From NCBI GenBank assembly GCA_001643675.2, contig LSRY02000030.1, positions 620,001 through 684,000 on the forward strand: a stretch of 64,000 nt of DNA, read 5' to 3'. Both the position numbers and the translations under genes were made by a program. The notes under the pieces were generated by a model. That model saw only the letters and a list, made by a program, of their open reading frames with translations. It did not search any database and was not told the DNA's origin. Below are positions 13,071 through 26,700 of the stretch, piece by piece. Numbering within the stretch: position 1 is the first letter of the stretch; each line of letters begins with the position of its first letter. The DNA is from Monocercomonoides exilis PA203. Its lineage: Eukaryota; Protista; Preaxostyla.

Positions 13071-13832
13071 TAAAATTATTTTTGTATTTGCAAAAAATGA
13101 ATATCAAACATTGAGTAAATCCACAGTCTGGAAGCTTTTAACTTTTTGATTCAATAAAGATCATAAGCATAATAAAATAATTATTTCCAAAGATTTGGGG
13201 TGAATATTTCACAATTATGAAAAATTCAACGATATGTTTCAGAATTATTCCGCAATCTCATAATTATAATTCTGACTTCACTGTTTGAAAATAAAAATTG
13301 AAATATCAAATAGTTCAGAATAATCTTTGTAAGAACTGTGAAGAACAAAATTCATAAAGCAAAAAATATAATCCCATTTTGTCGCAATAATTAACAGTTA
13401 TAATTTTATTCTGTACAACATTATTTGGCAAATCATAACAATAGCGGATTGAAAAAGGTCCAGCATTTTCTATTGTTTTCAATAGAAAATTTTGAAATGA
13501 GAAAAGAAGGATGATTAAAAATGAGATTTGGTAAATGGATAAGATCTTAGGGTTATCATTTAACCCCAACCCATTTTTTTATTCTGACCAAAATTTTTGA
13601 AGTGAAAAATTTTGAAAAAATAAAAAAATCCAAAAGAAGAATCAATTCTTCGAATTATCTTTCTTTTTCCTGGTTTTCTTTGCATCTCTTCGTTTTCCTC
13701 TTCGTTTGGGTCATCAAAAATAACATCAGAGCGTCTTCTTTTGATTTTATGTTTGAATTCAACCATTTCATCTTTTTCGTTTTCTTTCTCTTGTTTCATG
13801 TCTTTTTCCTTCTCCTTTTCTTCATTTCTCCC

Positions 13833-15112
13833 TTAAAATCTTTCCCAATTGTCGAGAAGTTCTTTTTTTGTTATTAACTTTCCAAAATAATCGAAACGGA
13901 AACGATGGGAAGGATGAGGGTATTTTGAAGATTCCGGCAGTTTGCGAAGAACCGGACTGAAAGTATTATGAATGACTCCGCTTTCTTCTGAAGCTTTTTT
14001 GATGGCAGAAGGAGTGAAAGCGGAGTGAATAGCTTGAGGGAGCACGTCGACAAGTGCTTTTCTCGAAGCAGACGATGAAGTTGACGATGGAGCATCAAAT
14101 GATGAAGAAAGAGAAGTTTTGAGAGTTGCAAATACTCCTCTATCGAGTGGTTGAGACAAATGGGTGCTGTGGGGGATGAACGTTACGACATCTATGTTAT
14201 TTTCTGAGAAAGTTTTCCAAATTGAAGGATCACCGCGTGAAGGATGAGAGCCGATGAAAAGAAGATATTTCTCTATATCTGGTGACATGCGCTTTCTTCT
14301 TTCAACGATGGAAGGGAGAAGAACTGTTCCCGCATATTTCTTGAAGTTTTGCTTGTCCATCCAGCCACTTTTATTAGGCCAGATGTCCAGAGTTGGAGAG
14401 AGAAGAGGCTTCAGTTCGTCCGGTTGTTTAACGCTTGGCCAGAGAATGATGCATGGCAATGAATAACCATCTGCAGCCACGGCAGCAACAAGTGTTGCAT
14501 TGTCCATTCTCTGCGCTTCCTTGCAGAACCCAGCGCTTTGTCCAGTTGGATGGATCACTTCAATATTAGCACCAGATGGTACACGCAAAGATGATTCATC
14601 AACATTAAATATTAATGAAGGTGTGTGATGATTTTTTTCATGTAAATCTGTAATCATGTTATACCAAGGCTTCATTACACTCTTGCAGGAAACAGCCAGC
14701 CTATTTATGTCCAAACTTTTCGGTTTGCTCTTTGTCAACTCAGGATGCAGCTTCAAAAACCCGTACGCTGCAGCATTTGAAACTGAAATATGTGGCTCGT
14801 TTTCTTCTTTTGTATCGTTTGAAACATTTTCCATCTAGAGAAAAAATGTTATTTTTTCAATAAAAAACTTGAGCAAACCAATTCTCTAGTTTTCTTCATT
14901 GTTAAACTGCTCCCACAAATAGAATCAATTTTGATCACATCCAGAACTGTTTCTTCTTTCTCTTTGCTGATTGCCTGCGGTCTCCCTGGTTTTCCAATTT
15001 CAATTTTCGCTCTCAATGATCGAACTGCGTTTTTAATGCTGCTGCGGCTGAATTGCTTAGAATTAATGGCGTCTGTGATCCTGACGAAGCCATCATGCAC
15101 AATATGTGACAT
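13833..15112 (-). pseudogene. pogo-like transposase (HTH exon + 44-nt intron 14835-14878 + DDE_1 exon), probably inactive
   Basis: KPGRPQAIS motif, IFNVDES (D1), NKSGWMD, LLFIGSH (D2 replaced by G), HLSQPLDRGVF (D3). The GT..AG intron joins the exons in frame. An in-frame TAA at 13833-35 precedes a K/E-rich tail. Confidence 0.85.
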
Positions 15113-15429
15113 TCGTTCCAGTTTATTCTTGTATTTTCTATATTGAAAAGAAAGGACAGTTTGGCATGTTTAAATTTTTTAAGTCCTTCTTTTCTTTTTT
15201 GTTCAAAAAGAATTCTCATTTTTTATTTTTGTGTTTTGATCTTATTTTCAATATTTCAAATAATTAGAAGTTTATTTAATAATTATGAAAAATGTTTTGA
15301 ATGAACAATGCAGCTTTTCACACCTTGAAACCAACCAATTTCTCTTTGAAGTTTGATGGAAGGTAAATCCCCCCTCATCTTCCCTGGTGAGATATGGGCT
15401 TTATTTAAAAATTTATTTTAAAAATACTA

Positions 15430-15690
15430 TATGGGTGATTATTTTTCAAAACATAATTTTTCATTCATCATTTTCGATTCAAAAAATATCCTTGATAAGT
15501 AGTAGATGAACGCTGAAAAGTGAACAGGTGTATTCAAGAGATCGTCATCTTTGTTTTAGCTCATTCATTTGTTTTTAATACAATCGTGATGAATTCAGCA
15601 TTTGAATTCAACATTTCATCCCAATGACAAATAACCTTCTTAAAATTAACACTCCGAAAAAAGTTATGATTTTAATAATTATCACCCAAA
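15430..15690. mobile_element. ~260-bp MITE (TATGGGTGATT.. ends) inserted in pogo copy 1
   Basis: Ends are TATGGGTGATTATTTT and AATTATCACCCAAA, TA-flanked. The segment is absent at the equivalent site of copy 2 (..caatatagattcc). Confidence 0.75.
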
Positions 15691-17789
15691 TAGATTCCTT
15701 TTTATGCAAAAAATCAAGTTGTTATTTCGTAAAGTGGGATTGAAAACTTTGGAAATAAAAAATAAGTCAGAGTTCAAAAAAAAAAAAGAAGGGGTTCCAT
15801 AATAACCCTATATGCTTTGAAGGAATGTGGACTAAATTTCGAAAATTGTCATCAATAACTGGAAAACGAGATCATTTTGTTGATGGATAATTTTAAAAAA
15901 AATTTCTGGAAAAAATACAGAAAATTGATTTTTGAAATTTTTGTTAAAAAATTCATTATTAGAAACAAATTTAATATTTATTGAAAAAATAAAGAAAATT
16001 ATCATCCAAAAATTTCAGAGAGGAAAAAGGTTCATATGGATTTGTTGATGATTCCATATTTCACCAAAAATAATTCAAATTCGAAAAAAAAAAGTTATTC
16101 AGCTTGCAAAACAACACTGATTTAAAGAAAACATAATTTCAAAAAGTTGAATAAAAATGCGTAAAATAAATAAAGTTGAATAGTTTCAAAAAAAACAATT
16201 ACAGGTATTTTTCTTTTTTTATTCACTCGGCTCATTCATCGCTAGTAAATCACCGTTATTTATATTCGGTCCAGCAGCTTCATCAAACGTTGAACGAAAA
16301 ATGGTGTAATTATTAGTCATCCATAAAATAAACGAACATCAGCTTTGCAGTAACATATTAGAAGAAAAAGTCAAGGAATATGAGGCATTTCCTGCTCTGT
16401 TGATGAAATTGAGGATGAATGTAGAATTAAGTGGCTGATGATGCTAAAGGCACATTTTTTGAAGAAATGGTTATGATAGAAGATGAATAAACACGTCAAC
16501 AGCAAAACAATCTTCTTCGATCCTTTTCCCTCAAAAAACTGCCACATCAGTAAATATGAGGATTCATCTGCATGTTCCATTTTCTTTCCTCTTTCAGGCG
16601 GTGTTGATGAATGTTGGCTTATTAAATCTAAATCAATAAATCCGCTTCTGTGGCTGCACTCTTTTTTTGAGAAAATATCATCATCATTTCCATTTGCTCT
16701 TTCCCTCTTTAAATTCTTTCTCAAAAAATACCTTCCAATCTAGCTCAGCCCCATTGACTGCTTTTCCTCTCCCTTATTTCTCCTTTTCATTGTTATCTCT
16801 TCCCTCCCTTTGTATTTCCTCGTTCTGCACAGTTTTTCTGCCTTTCTGTCTTTTCCCCATAATACAATCTTCAAAAAGAAATCTGTCAGGAACAGAGTAA
16901 AAATAACTTTTATTTCCTTATGGCATAGGAACATAAAGACAAAAACAGATGTGAAATTTCCAATCCAAAATACAATAGAAATACAAAACAATGAGATTTT
17001 TCATGAAAATATTCAAGAAAAACAAACATTCAACGGATATTCGTTGATAATGTCATTCTTTTCTTAAGTGCCTTTGTTCTTTTCAAAATTATCCATTTTC
17101 AGTCATTTCGGACTTTCACCATTTTCCTTTTTCTCTCAAATTGTATCATTTTCTGCCCTGTTTCAAAAATAGAATCAAATGAATGAATAAAACACCCAAT
17201 GAAACATCTAATATAAATCTATTCCACACCTTCCATCTCATTGGACGAGAATGTCCAATTCAGCCATCCAACGCTTCAGAAAATAACAATCAAGAAATAA
17301 CCCTTCCAAAATGCCTCCAATGACTGCAAATGAAAAAATCACACAATTGCCAGAAAACAAAATATAAAAAGTTTCTTAAAAAAAACTTTCACTGCACAAA
17401 CCTCATCTATTGCTCAGATAAATGAATTCCAAAAAGAAAATCGCTTCTCCAACTTTCCCTTCACATGAAAAAAGAATAACTCACTCAAAGGCTTTAAAAC
17501 AAATGTTATGACAAATAGATTGAGTTTTAATAGTCTTTCTGTCTGTAATAATGAAAATATCAAAACAGGAACATTTTCAGTCAATCATTTTGTATTATTC
17601 AAATGATCAAACAACAAAGAAAATTTTGCTCATTCATAATATTTCAAAATGAATTAAATAATATATCTTGCTTTGCAATTGAACAGGAAAAATATTCTAT
17701 TTTTCATTAATTTTTATTATTGCACCCATTCTTAAAAAGAAGAAATCCAGAAAAAAAGAAAAGTGTCTTCTTCGTGCAGATAAGTTCCT

Positions 17790-20700
17790 ATGCTGACAGG
17801 AATATATTGTATTGTGTGCATATTATGTGTGGAATGCCTGCGCAATGGTGCCACAAATGATGAATCAAATCTGGTGGAGAATTCAATGATTGAAAGAAAT
17901 ACAGATTATTTCAACAACTCTTTGTTTGATCTCCTTCCAAATGATAAGAATGGAGATAAAAACAAGTTAGAAATGATTGTTGAAAGGAATGAAGGTGGAA
18001 TGGAAGAAAATGAAGAAAAAGAAAAATCAACAAAGAAATATACAAATATGAAAAATCAAAGAGATTGCCGAATTGTGAAAGGAAATCAATTTGAGAAATC
18101 GAATGATGAACTTTTCCATTATGAAGGAGAAATGATGAAAATTGAAAAAATATTTGAAGAAAGTGAGATTGAAGGATGTTTTATTCTGATCAATTCTTCA
18201 ATGAAGTTCAAATCATTGGGGATGATTCAACATGAAGAGAGAAATATTGTAAAAGCAGGGGATGAAAGTCTCGTTGAATTGAACGAGTGTGGTCTTTTTT
18301 TGATGAGCGGAATGTCTCCATTTTGTTTCACTGGAGGTTGTGGGGTTTTCAAGAATATTTCACTCAGATCGCGCTCAAATGGGTTTTTGGAGACATTTCC
18401 ATCTCTTTTCTCTTCAAAAGCACAAGAAGGAGAGATTTCTCAGAAATTTCATGTTTCTGTTTGTTCATCTCATTTTTCCTCTTTTTGTGTGTCATCAGCT
18501 CCATTTTTCTTTTCACCATCAATACCCCTTGTATCCCTCTCTCAACTGACATTTTCCAATATTTCAACAGCAAATGGGGCATGTTCACCTTCAACAACAA
18601 TGTCAACCCAAACCACTTGCATGATGAGTAGTTGCTTATTCTCATCAGTTTGCGATGCATATGATGGAGGGATTGTTCCCTCTCTGAACAACCCCTTGGC
18701 CTCTTTGACTGCTTTTAACACCTCATTCGTTTGGTGCTGTCGGACAAGAAATGTTGAATGCATTGGAACTGCAGATAGAAAATTGACTCCGGGGAGACAA
18801 AATGAAACATTCAATGGAGCAAACTCATTCACTTGGTGCGAATGGAATGGATCGACAACAACTGGAGAAAGTGACTCGTGGACTGATGGAGTGTCAAGCG
18901 GAGGGGCCATCTGCATGTACAATCTGGGAAATGGAGAACTTTTTGTATCACATTGTATATTCAATGGATGTGTGGCATACAGTCGCGGAGGCGGGATCAT
19001 GTGCTATTCGATTAGATCTTTTCTTATTGAAAATTCTTTGTTTAATGAATGTCATGCAGAAAATCATCATGGAGGAGGGTTATATGCAACTTCCATTTCT
19101 TTTTGCACTCGGATCAGCGGGTGCAAATTTCAGAATTGCAGCGCATTTGACTATGGAGGAGGATTATTATTGCAGTCATTTCAGGTTTCTGGAAAAGAAT
19201 GCATTGGAGGAGAAAATGGGGGAGGTGAAAGTTCATGCCTGTTTGACTGCAGTCTTTCTTCATGTTCAGTTTCACATATTTATGGTGGAGGCTTTTATTG
19301 CAGGCATGTTCCTGAACAATTCAAAATGAGGAACATTCAGTTTATTTTATGTTCTGCAGAGCGAGAGGGCGGAGGAATGTATTTTCATTCAAATCAATCA
19401 TCAATACAAAATGGCACATTCTATTGTTATTTTTTGTTTTTCTATGAATGCAAATGTAATAACAATCCATCATACGGGCATGACATGATGTTTTACGATA
19501 GCTATAATTTATTTTTGTATTCGGAAAATCCGCTCAAAGAATGCTTATCTTCAAATACAGATGAACAGAGAGTGTGCTATGGATATAATTATATTAGTTC
19601 ATGGAATTGGGCGTTTCAACACACTGAAAAGAAGGATTGGTTGAAAGATAAAACGTTATATGTTTCTGTGAATGGGGATGACTCAAATGAGCAATGTGGA
19701 GCAAATGAGAAGCATCCATGCCTTTCAGTGAAGAAGGCTTTTGAGATGTGTGAAATATTATTGAGCTTGTCGATCACGCTGATGGAAGGGAATCACACAA
19801 GCGAGGCAGCAACAATAGAAATAGTGTCGAAGAAGATGAGAGTTATGGGAGTTGGAAGCGAGATAAGTGCTATTGGAACGAAGACACTTTCATCAGTTGG
19901 AGCGCTGTTCAGTGTGTCAACAGGTCACCTTGATTTATTGCACATGAAGGTTGATTGCAACTCAAGTGCAAATCCTTCTTCACCAAGTGTGGTTGTTGTG
20001 TCTGATGGGAGTGGGTCACTCTCATTGGAGGATGTTGTGATCACCACGAGCAATATTGGAGACCATGCCATATCTTCTTCAGTGTTTGTGGTGGTGCTTT
20101 CACAGCTGTCGATGACTGATGTGGAGATCATTAATATGAATATTTCTCAATCATTGTTCTCTGAACCTGTTTTATCTTTTTCTTCGTCATCATCTGCTCT
20201 ATTTTTGACAGCCACTGCTTCTGGAGAGAGCACGCTGGCGAACTTAACAGTGAGGAATGTGAAGTTGACAGAAGGAGATGGGGTGGTTGTGGCAAAGAGT
20301 GTGGCAGAAGGGGAGACATTTGTTGTTCAGAATGTGACAATCGAAGATTGTGAGTGTGAGAATGGCAGTGGTGGTGGGATCAAGGTTGACCTATTGTCAC
20401 CCACAAGCAAGCTTCAAGCTGAAAGAACAACAACAATGAACAGATGCACAAGTAGCGAATATGGAGGAGGGATGATGCTGTATCTGGCTGACAACTCGAT
20501 TGACTTCTCGATTGTGTCAGTTGACTTTTCAGGGTGTTCTGCTTCATTGGGGGGGAATTTTGTGTTTGTGAATGGGAGCAATTCTGTGAACTGGGGAATA
20601 ACAACAGAAAAGCTGAATGTCCAGCGTGACAATTCAAAATACAATGAGCTGGTGGGATATGATCGGAGTGACACAACGATGGGGCTGTTCCCACTGAATG

Positions 20701-23700
20701 TGTATTTGGATTCATATCCAGATGCAATTCATGTGGGGAAGGGGAAGGATGGGCTGGGTGGATACGACTCGTGGTTCTGTGGGTTTGACTATTATCCGTG
20801 TGCCACCATCACCCATGCAGCGCAGGTGAGATATCCCGACACAAACAAGAAGATCGAATTGGATTCAGGATATGAGCTTTGTGAGGCAGTTGGAATGACA
20901 GATGGCCATGAATGGGAGATTTCATGTGCCACAAAAGGGATGGAGGTTGGTGTGAAAGCACCAGAGAATTTTGAGTCATCTTGTCTGATTGAGGTTCAGA
21001 GCAAGTGTTCAATGAGAAACATCAAGTTCTGTATTCCATCTGCTCTATCTGGTGCATCATCATCATCTCTGATCACATCCAATTCCATTCTCCTCACACT
21101 CACTGACTGTTCTGTTGTTTGTTCATCTGAGAATCTCATTGGATATTGCTTTGTGAATGTGGTTGGGGGAAAAGTGAAAGTGGAGGGATTGGTGATCACA
21201 GAGACCTTGATATTTGGAGAGCATTCAGTGATTGAGTTTGGCGAAGGGGTGGAATCGGTTGTGTTTTGTGGATGTGAGGTGAACAACATTGAGAAGAGAA
21301 GTGGAGATGGAGGATGGGTGAGCGGAGTGGTTGGAGCAGAAGGGGATGAGGGGAAGAATGGGATGATTGTGATTGAGTCGTGTGTTGTGAAGGGGTGCAG
21401 GTGTGTTGGTGGAAGAGGAGGTGGGATGAGTGTTGTTGTGAAGGGGGAAGGGAGTGTTGTTGTGAATGGGAGTTGTGTGATTGATGGGTGTGAGGCGAAG
21501 TGTTCAGGGGAGAGTTCAGAAGGGAGAAGAAAAGGGAGAGGGGGAGGGATGATGATTATGATGGAGAGCAGGGATGGTTCAATGAAAATGGAATCGGGAA
21601 GAGAGGGTTTGTTTGTGTTTGGAGAGGATAACAAAGCTCAATATGGGAAGGATATGTTTGTTGAATGTGGTGGAGGAGTGTTGTTGGAGTGGAAAGTGAA
21701 TGGGAGTTCATTTTCATTTTTTGATTTTGGTGTGATTCCAACAGATGTGTTGAAGTTGTGTGGGAGTGAGGATGGGAGAGAAGGGGAAGTGATTCCGCTG
21801 TTTGTGTATTTGTGTTCAATCGGGACAAAGCTGAGAGTTGATGGGAAAGGAGAGAGGGCACTGGATCAGAGCCATTGTGGGTTTGAGGAGTTTGGGTGTT
21901 TGACGATTGACTATTGTGTTGGGAAGAGAGCGAGCATCAATGTGAATGAAATTGAAGTTGCATCAGAATCATTGATAAAGAATGAGATGAAAGTGGCATC
22001 ATTTGAGGTGAGTGTTTCAGGGAAAGAAGAAGGGATGAGGGTGATTGTGAGAGATGAAGGATCGATAAATCAAAACAACCTCATTGAGTGTTCAAAATCA
22101 TTTGAGATGAGATATTTGTCATTTGTGCTGAATGATGAAATGAATGGGAAGAGAAGTGGATTTATTCACTCCTCATCATCTACCATAACAATCACCAGTT
22201 GCTCTGTCTCATTTGGAAATGATGAAATGATTGGATTCAATGTGATTTGCATTGAAGGAGGAGGTGTGGTTGTGAATGGATTTGCGATGGAAGGGGGAGT
22301 GAGAATGAATGGGAAATTGCCAATTGTTGTTTCGAATGGAATTGAATTGGAGATGAATAACAGCCGAATGAGTGGAGTGGAAGTCGTTGGCGGAATTGGA
22401 GGAGGAGGAGGAGGATGTTTGAATGTGGAGATGGGTGTGAATGGGGTTGTGAATATTGAAGAATGCAATTTGTCATCAGTGTGTTCAGGTGGAAGTGGGA
22501 TGAAAGGGGGAGGGATGAAGATATCAGTGGGGAAGGGAGGGAGTTTGGAAATGAAAGGAGTGAAATATTCAGGGTGTGAAGTGCCAAGAGAGGATATTGA
22601 GGAAGGAGGGAGAGGAATGGGAGGAGGGATGTTTGTGAAGCTGGCAGATGAGATGGGGTCCTTTGTGATGGAAGGGATGGAATTTGAGAGATGTGATGCC
22701 TGGAAAGGGAAGAATGTGTTTGTTTCGGGATGGGATTTGAGAAAGATTGTGAATGAGGAGCACTTGAAATGGGAGATAAAGGAAGAGGAGTTGGGATCAT
22801 TGGATGAGTTGTGTGGATGGGAGAGGAAGACAGCAGGAGAGGAGGGATATGTGATTCCGCTGGTTGTGTATTTGTGGAGGAACTGGAGTGGGGATGGGTT
22901 TGTTTCTCGAGAGAAAGGAGGAGACTTCAGTGGGTGTGGGTATTCAGAAGCACCATGTTCATCGATTGACCACTTGATATCACTTCGATATCCAACACTT
23001 GGAGAAGGAGAAACACATATTGCCATTGTGGGATCAGGGTTGCTGAGCCATTCCATTTCATTTTCATCATCAATTTCAGAGTCACCAAAAGTGGTGATTG
23101 AAGGGACAAAGAAAGGAACAGGAGTGACGATCAGTGATGAAGATGAGAATGATTTGTCTGATGATGGTTCAATGATCTCCTTGAATGTGAGTCTGTCATT
23201 TGTGAATGTGTCATTCACCAAGCCAGCCATCACAACCCATCACGAAGTGTTGATTGAATCCTCTGGAACAAACACATTATTGTCTGTCTCAGATTGTTCA
23301 TTTGGCCCAGGGAGGGGGGTGGCAGAAAGTTTTGGATATTGTGTGATGAGAGTGAATGGGGGGAGTGTTGTGATTGAGGGGTGTTCGTTGAGCTTGATTT
23401 CAGAGTTGAAAGGGTTGATTGCCTTCAGTTCAAGTGCACATGAGGTGACTGTTCAGAATGTGAACATCTCATTTGCTGATGTGACAGAAAGAAGTCTGAT
23501 TTCGATGATTGAAGATGAAAACCAGATGAATGGAGAAAAGAAGGTGTTTTCAAATGGGAACAGACCAGTTTTGAGGGTTGTTGGGTGTTCATTTGCGAAC
23601 ATCACGAATGAAGGGATTGGAGCGAGTGTTGTTGATGTGGGATCATTTGAGGATGGGGTGGAGTGTGTGATGGATGAGTGTTCGATGTCGAGTTGCAAGA

Positions 23701-26700
23701 GTGGTTTGAGTGATGAAGGAGGGGGGATGAGAGTGGTGCTGAAGAGTGAAGAATCAATGTTGAAAGTGAATGGGAGCTCGTTTTCGATGTGCAAGTGCTC
23801 GAGTGAGACAGGGTGTGGAGGAGGATTGTTTATTGATGGATCAGACCCACATGCCAATTATGGAAATGAGAGTCAGATTCCGCCTCTGAATTTCAAGATT
23901 GTGAACATTCTGTTTGTGATGAATGAGGCGCATGTGGGGAAAGACATATTTGTCAGATGCCACTCGATTGCTCGCCAGATCAACGAAACACTGTTTGCGC
24001 TGAACTACAACCAGGAGTCACTGAACTCGAACAACTCGATCTGTGGGAGGGATGTTTGGAGCGAGGGAGATGTTGATCTGATTCCGCTGATCACATTCTA
24101 TTATTCGGCACAGGTGTTTGTGAGTGGGAGAGGGAGTGATGGGAGGGGATGTGGATCACAGAGCAATCCTTGTTCCAGCATCAACTGTGGGGTTGAGCAC
24201 ATTCAGGAAGGGGTGATGAATGGGATTCTGATTGATGGAGAAGGGTTTGTGAGGAAGGAGTGTGTGATTGGGGATCTGGTTGTGAATTCATTGAAAAAGA
24301 CACAGGGGATTGTTCGGTTGAACTGCAAGATTGAGAAATCAGGTGAGAAGGATTGTGTGATGGAGTTTGTGAATGAATGTTCAGTGGAGAGGTGCTCATT
24401 CCAGTTTGAAGATGGATTTGAGTCAACTCACAATTATCTCATGAAAGTGAAGAATGGAATGACGAAAATACAAGAATGTGAATTCTTCTCTTCTTCAACA
24501 ACAGTTGAGTTTATGAAGTTGAACAGTTCTATTGTGAGTGTGGAAAGTGGAGAGCTGAAGATATCTGAAACAACATTCAGAGATTTGTATTCAACAAGAT
24601 CGGTGCTTTCATTTCATGAAGAATCAGAAGTGACAATTGATGAAACAAGAATATCGAATATTGAATGTGAGGGAGATGTTGTGAGTGTTGGAGGGAAAGT
24701 GAAAGTGGAGATGAAAGAGATGGGAGTTGAGAATGCGACTGTGATGTCAAAGGGGTGTGTGATTGGGATGGAAGAAGCTGAGCAAGGGGTGAGTGTGCTG
24801 AACAGCTCATTCGAAAAGTGTGTGAATTCGGTTGATGAGGGAAGCATGATGCAGATCAGGAATTCCAAAAATGTGAGGATTGAGATATGTGTGTTTGATG
24901 GAGAAAAAAAAATCGAGTTTATCAATGAAGAAAACAATAGAAAAGAGGGATTGTGCAAATGGAATGGGTCATTGGTTGATATTGAAAACAGCAATGCGGA
25001 GATGAGGGAAACAACGATTATGAAGAGCAAGGGAGGTGGGTTGTGTGTGAGTGGAGGGAGTGTGAAGATTGAAAATGGAAAGTTTGAGAACAACAATCCA
25101 TCGATTGAGGGATATCCATCAGCTCGAAGGAATGTGATTTGTGAAGGGGATGGGGAGTTGAATGTTGTGAGTGTGAAAGGGGGAGATGGAATAGAGAAAA
25201 ACACTTCATTGTGGATATTGAACGAGGGATGTGAATTGGGAGGGATAGCAACTGAAAGAGGATCCCCCTTCTTTATTCCAATTCTTGAAGATGTGAAGAA
25301 CACAACACAGCCAAATGGGAATTTGGAGTTGATGATTGCGGGAAAGCTGCTTCTTCCATGTGATCTTTCAGTGAAGATGAGCATGAAAAATGGGGATGAA
25401 GAGGAGATTGTGAGAAAGGGGATTGAAGAAGAAGGGTTTGCGTCAGAGAATGAGATTCACACATTCATTTCATGTTCAGAATGGGAGAAAGTGAGAGAAG
25501 AGACAGAAGTGAGTGTGTGGATTGTGTTTGGGAAAGGAGATTCTCCATCAGCAACTGACTCACTTATTGTGAAGAACAGGAGTGAAAGTGCTGGTAAAGG
25601 AGATGAAAGGATTGTTGAAGGAGGGAAAGAAGGAAAATCGTATTGGTTGTTGATTGTTATTGTGCTAGTTGTGATATTATTGATAATTCTTATCTCACTT
25701 GTGATATTTGTTGTCAGATGGAGAAAGCAAAAGAGAAGAACAAAGGAATTGGAGGAGATTGTGAATGACACAGTGAGAAAGGATCCGAAGGCATTCGAGA
25801 TGGTGACGATGGAGATGACACCAGAGGAGCAGTGGAGAAGAGCTGAGAGGGAGGCAGAAAAGAAGAATGAAGAAAGGATAAAGATAAGAATATATGAGAC
25901 GAATATGGAACATTCAGAGTCATCAGAGCATCTTCTCTCCGAGAGTGGGTCAACAGAATATATTTTGGGGAGAGACTCAGACAAGATTCCACAATGGATG
26001 CTGGAGAAGGTTGACGAAAAGGAAATTGAGGTTGAGGAGGCAAGAAAGAGAACACCATCACCATCCATCTCATCAACTTCAACAACAGATTCAGACTCAA
26101 CATTTGTTCGATCAGAGAGTCTGTGCCCAACAACCTCATCGATGTCCAATCTGGTGGATGCAATGGCCTGTTCATCTCCTCACGAAAAACTGATTGTTGA
26201 TCTGAGGGATTCACTGTTCATGTTGCTTCATGGGTTGAATAAGACAAAGGAGATGCCTATTGGGACTCTGCAGGAGAGGGAGCAGACAGCTGCTCAGATC
26301 CTGTTCTGGGTGGCCAATCTCGCACTCCACTCCTTTGATGAGATGGAAAATGGATTATCTTCCCTCTCCACTCTGAGTCCTCACATTGTACTGTTTTCGG
26401 AACACATGGTGATCTGCGTTGTGATGCACTCTGACTTCTCATCAGATGATAGTTCAGACTCATCATCCATCTCGTCATCGACCATTGTGACATCCGCCAG
26501 CGATGATGATGATTCTCTGCCATCTTCAGCGTTTGAGGATGATGAATACAACAGAAAAGAGTGCCTGAGGTGGAAGGCGCCAGAGCTGCTGATCAACAAG
26601 AAGATGGGAGCAACGAAGGAGTCAGTTGCTTTTTCGATTGGGATGATGTTATGGGAGTGTTTGACTCTGGAGATTCCGTTTGGGGAGCATGAAGGGGAGG

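Larger units (their letters stand above)
13550..15808 (-). mobile_element. pogo/Tigger-like (DDE_1) DNA transposon, copy 1
   Basis: Ends are GGGTTATCATTTAACCCC and GGGGTTCCATAATAACCC, with TA on both sides (13548-49, 15809-10). Encodes a DDE_1-type transposase. Confidence 0.9.
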
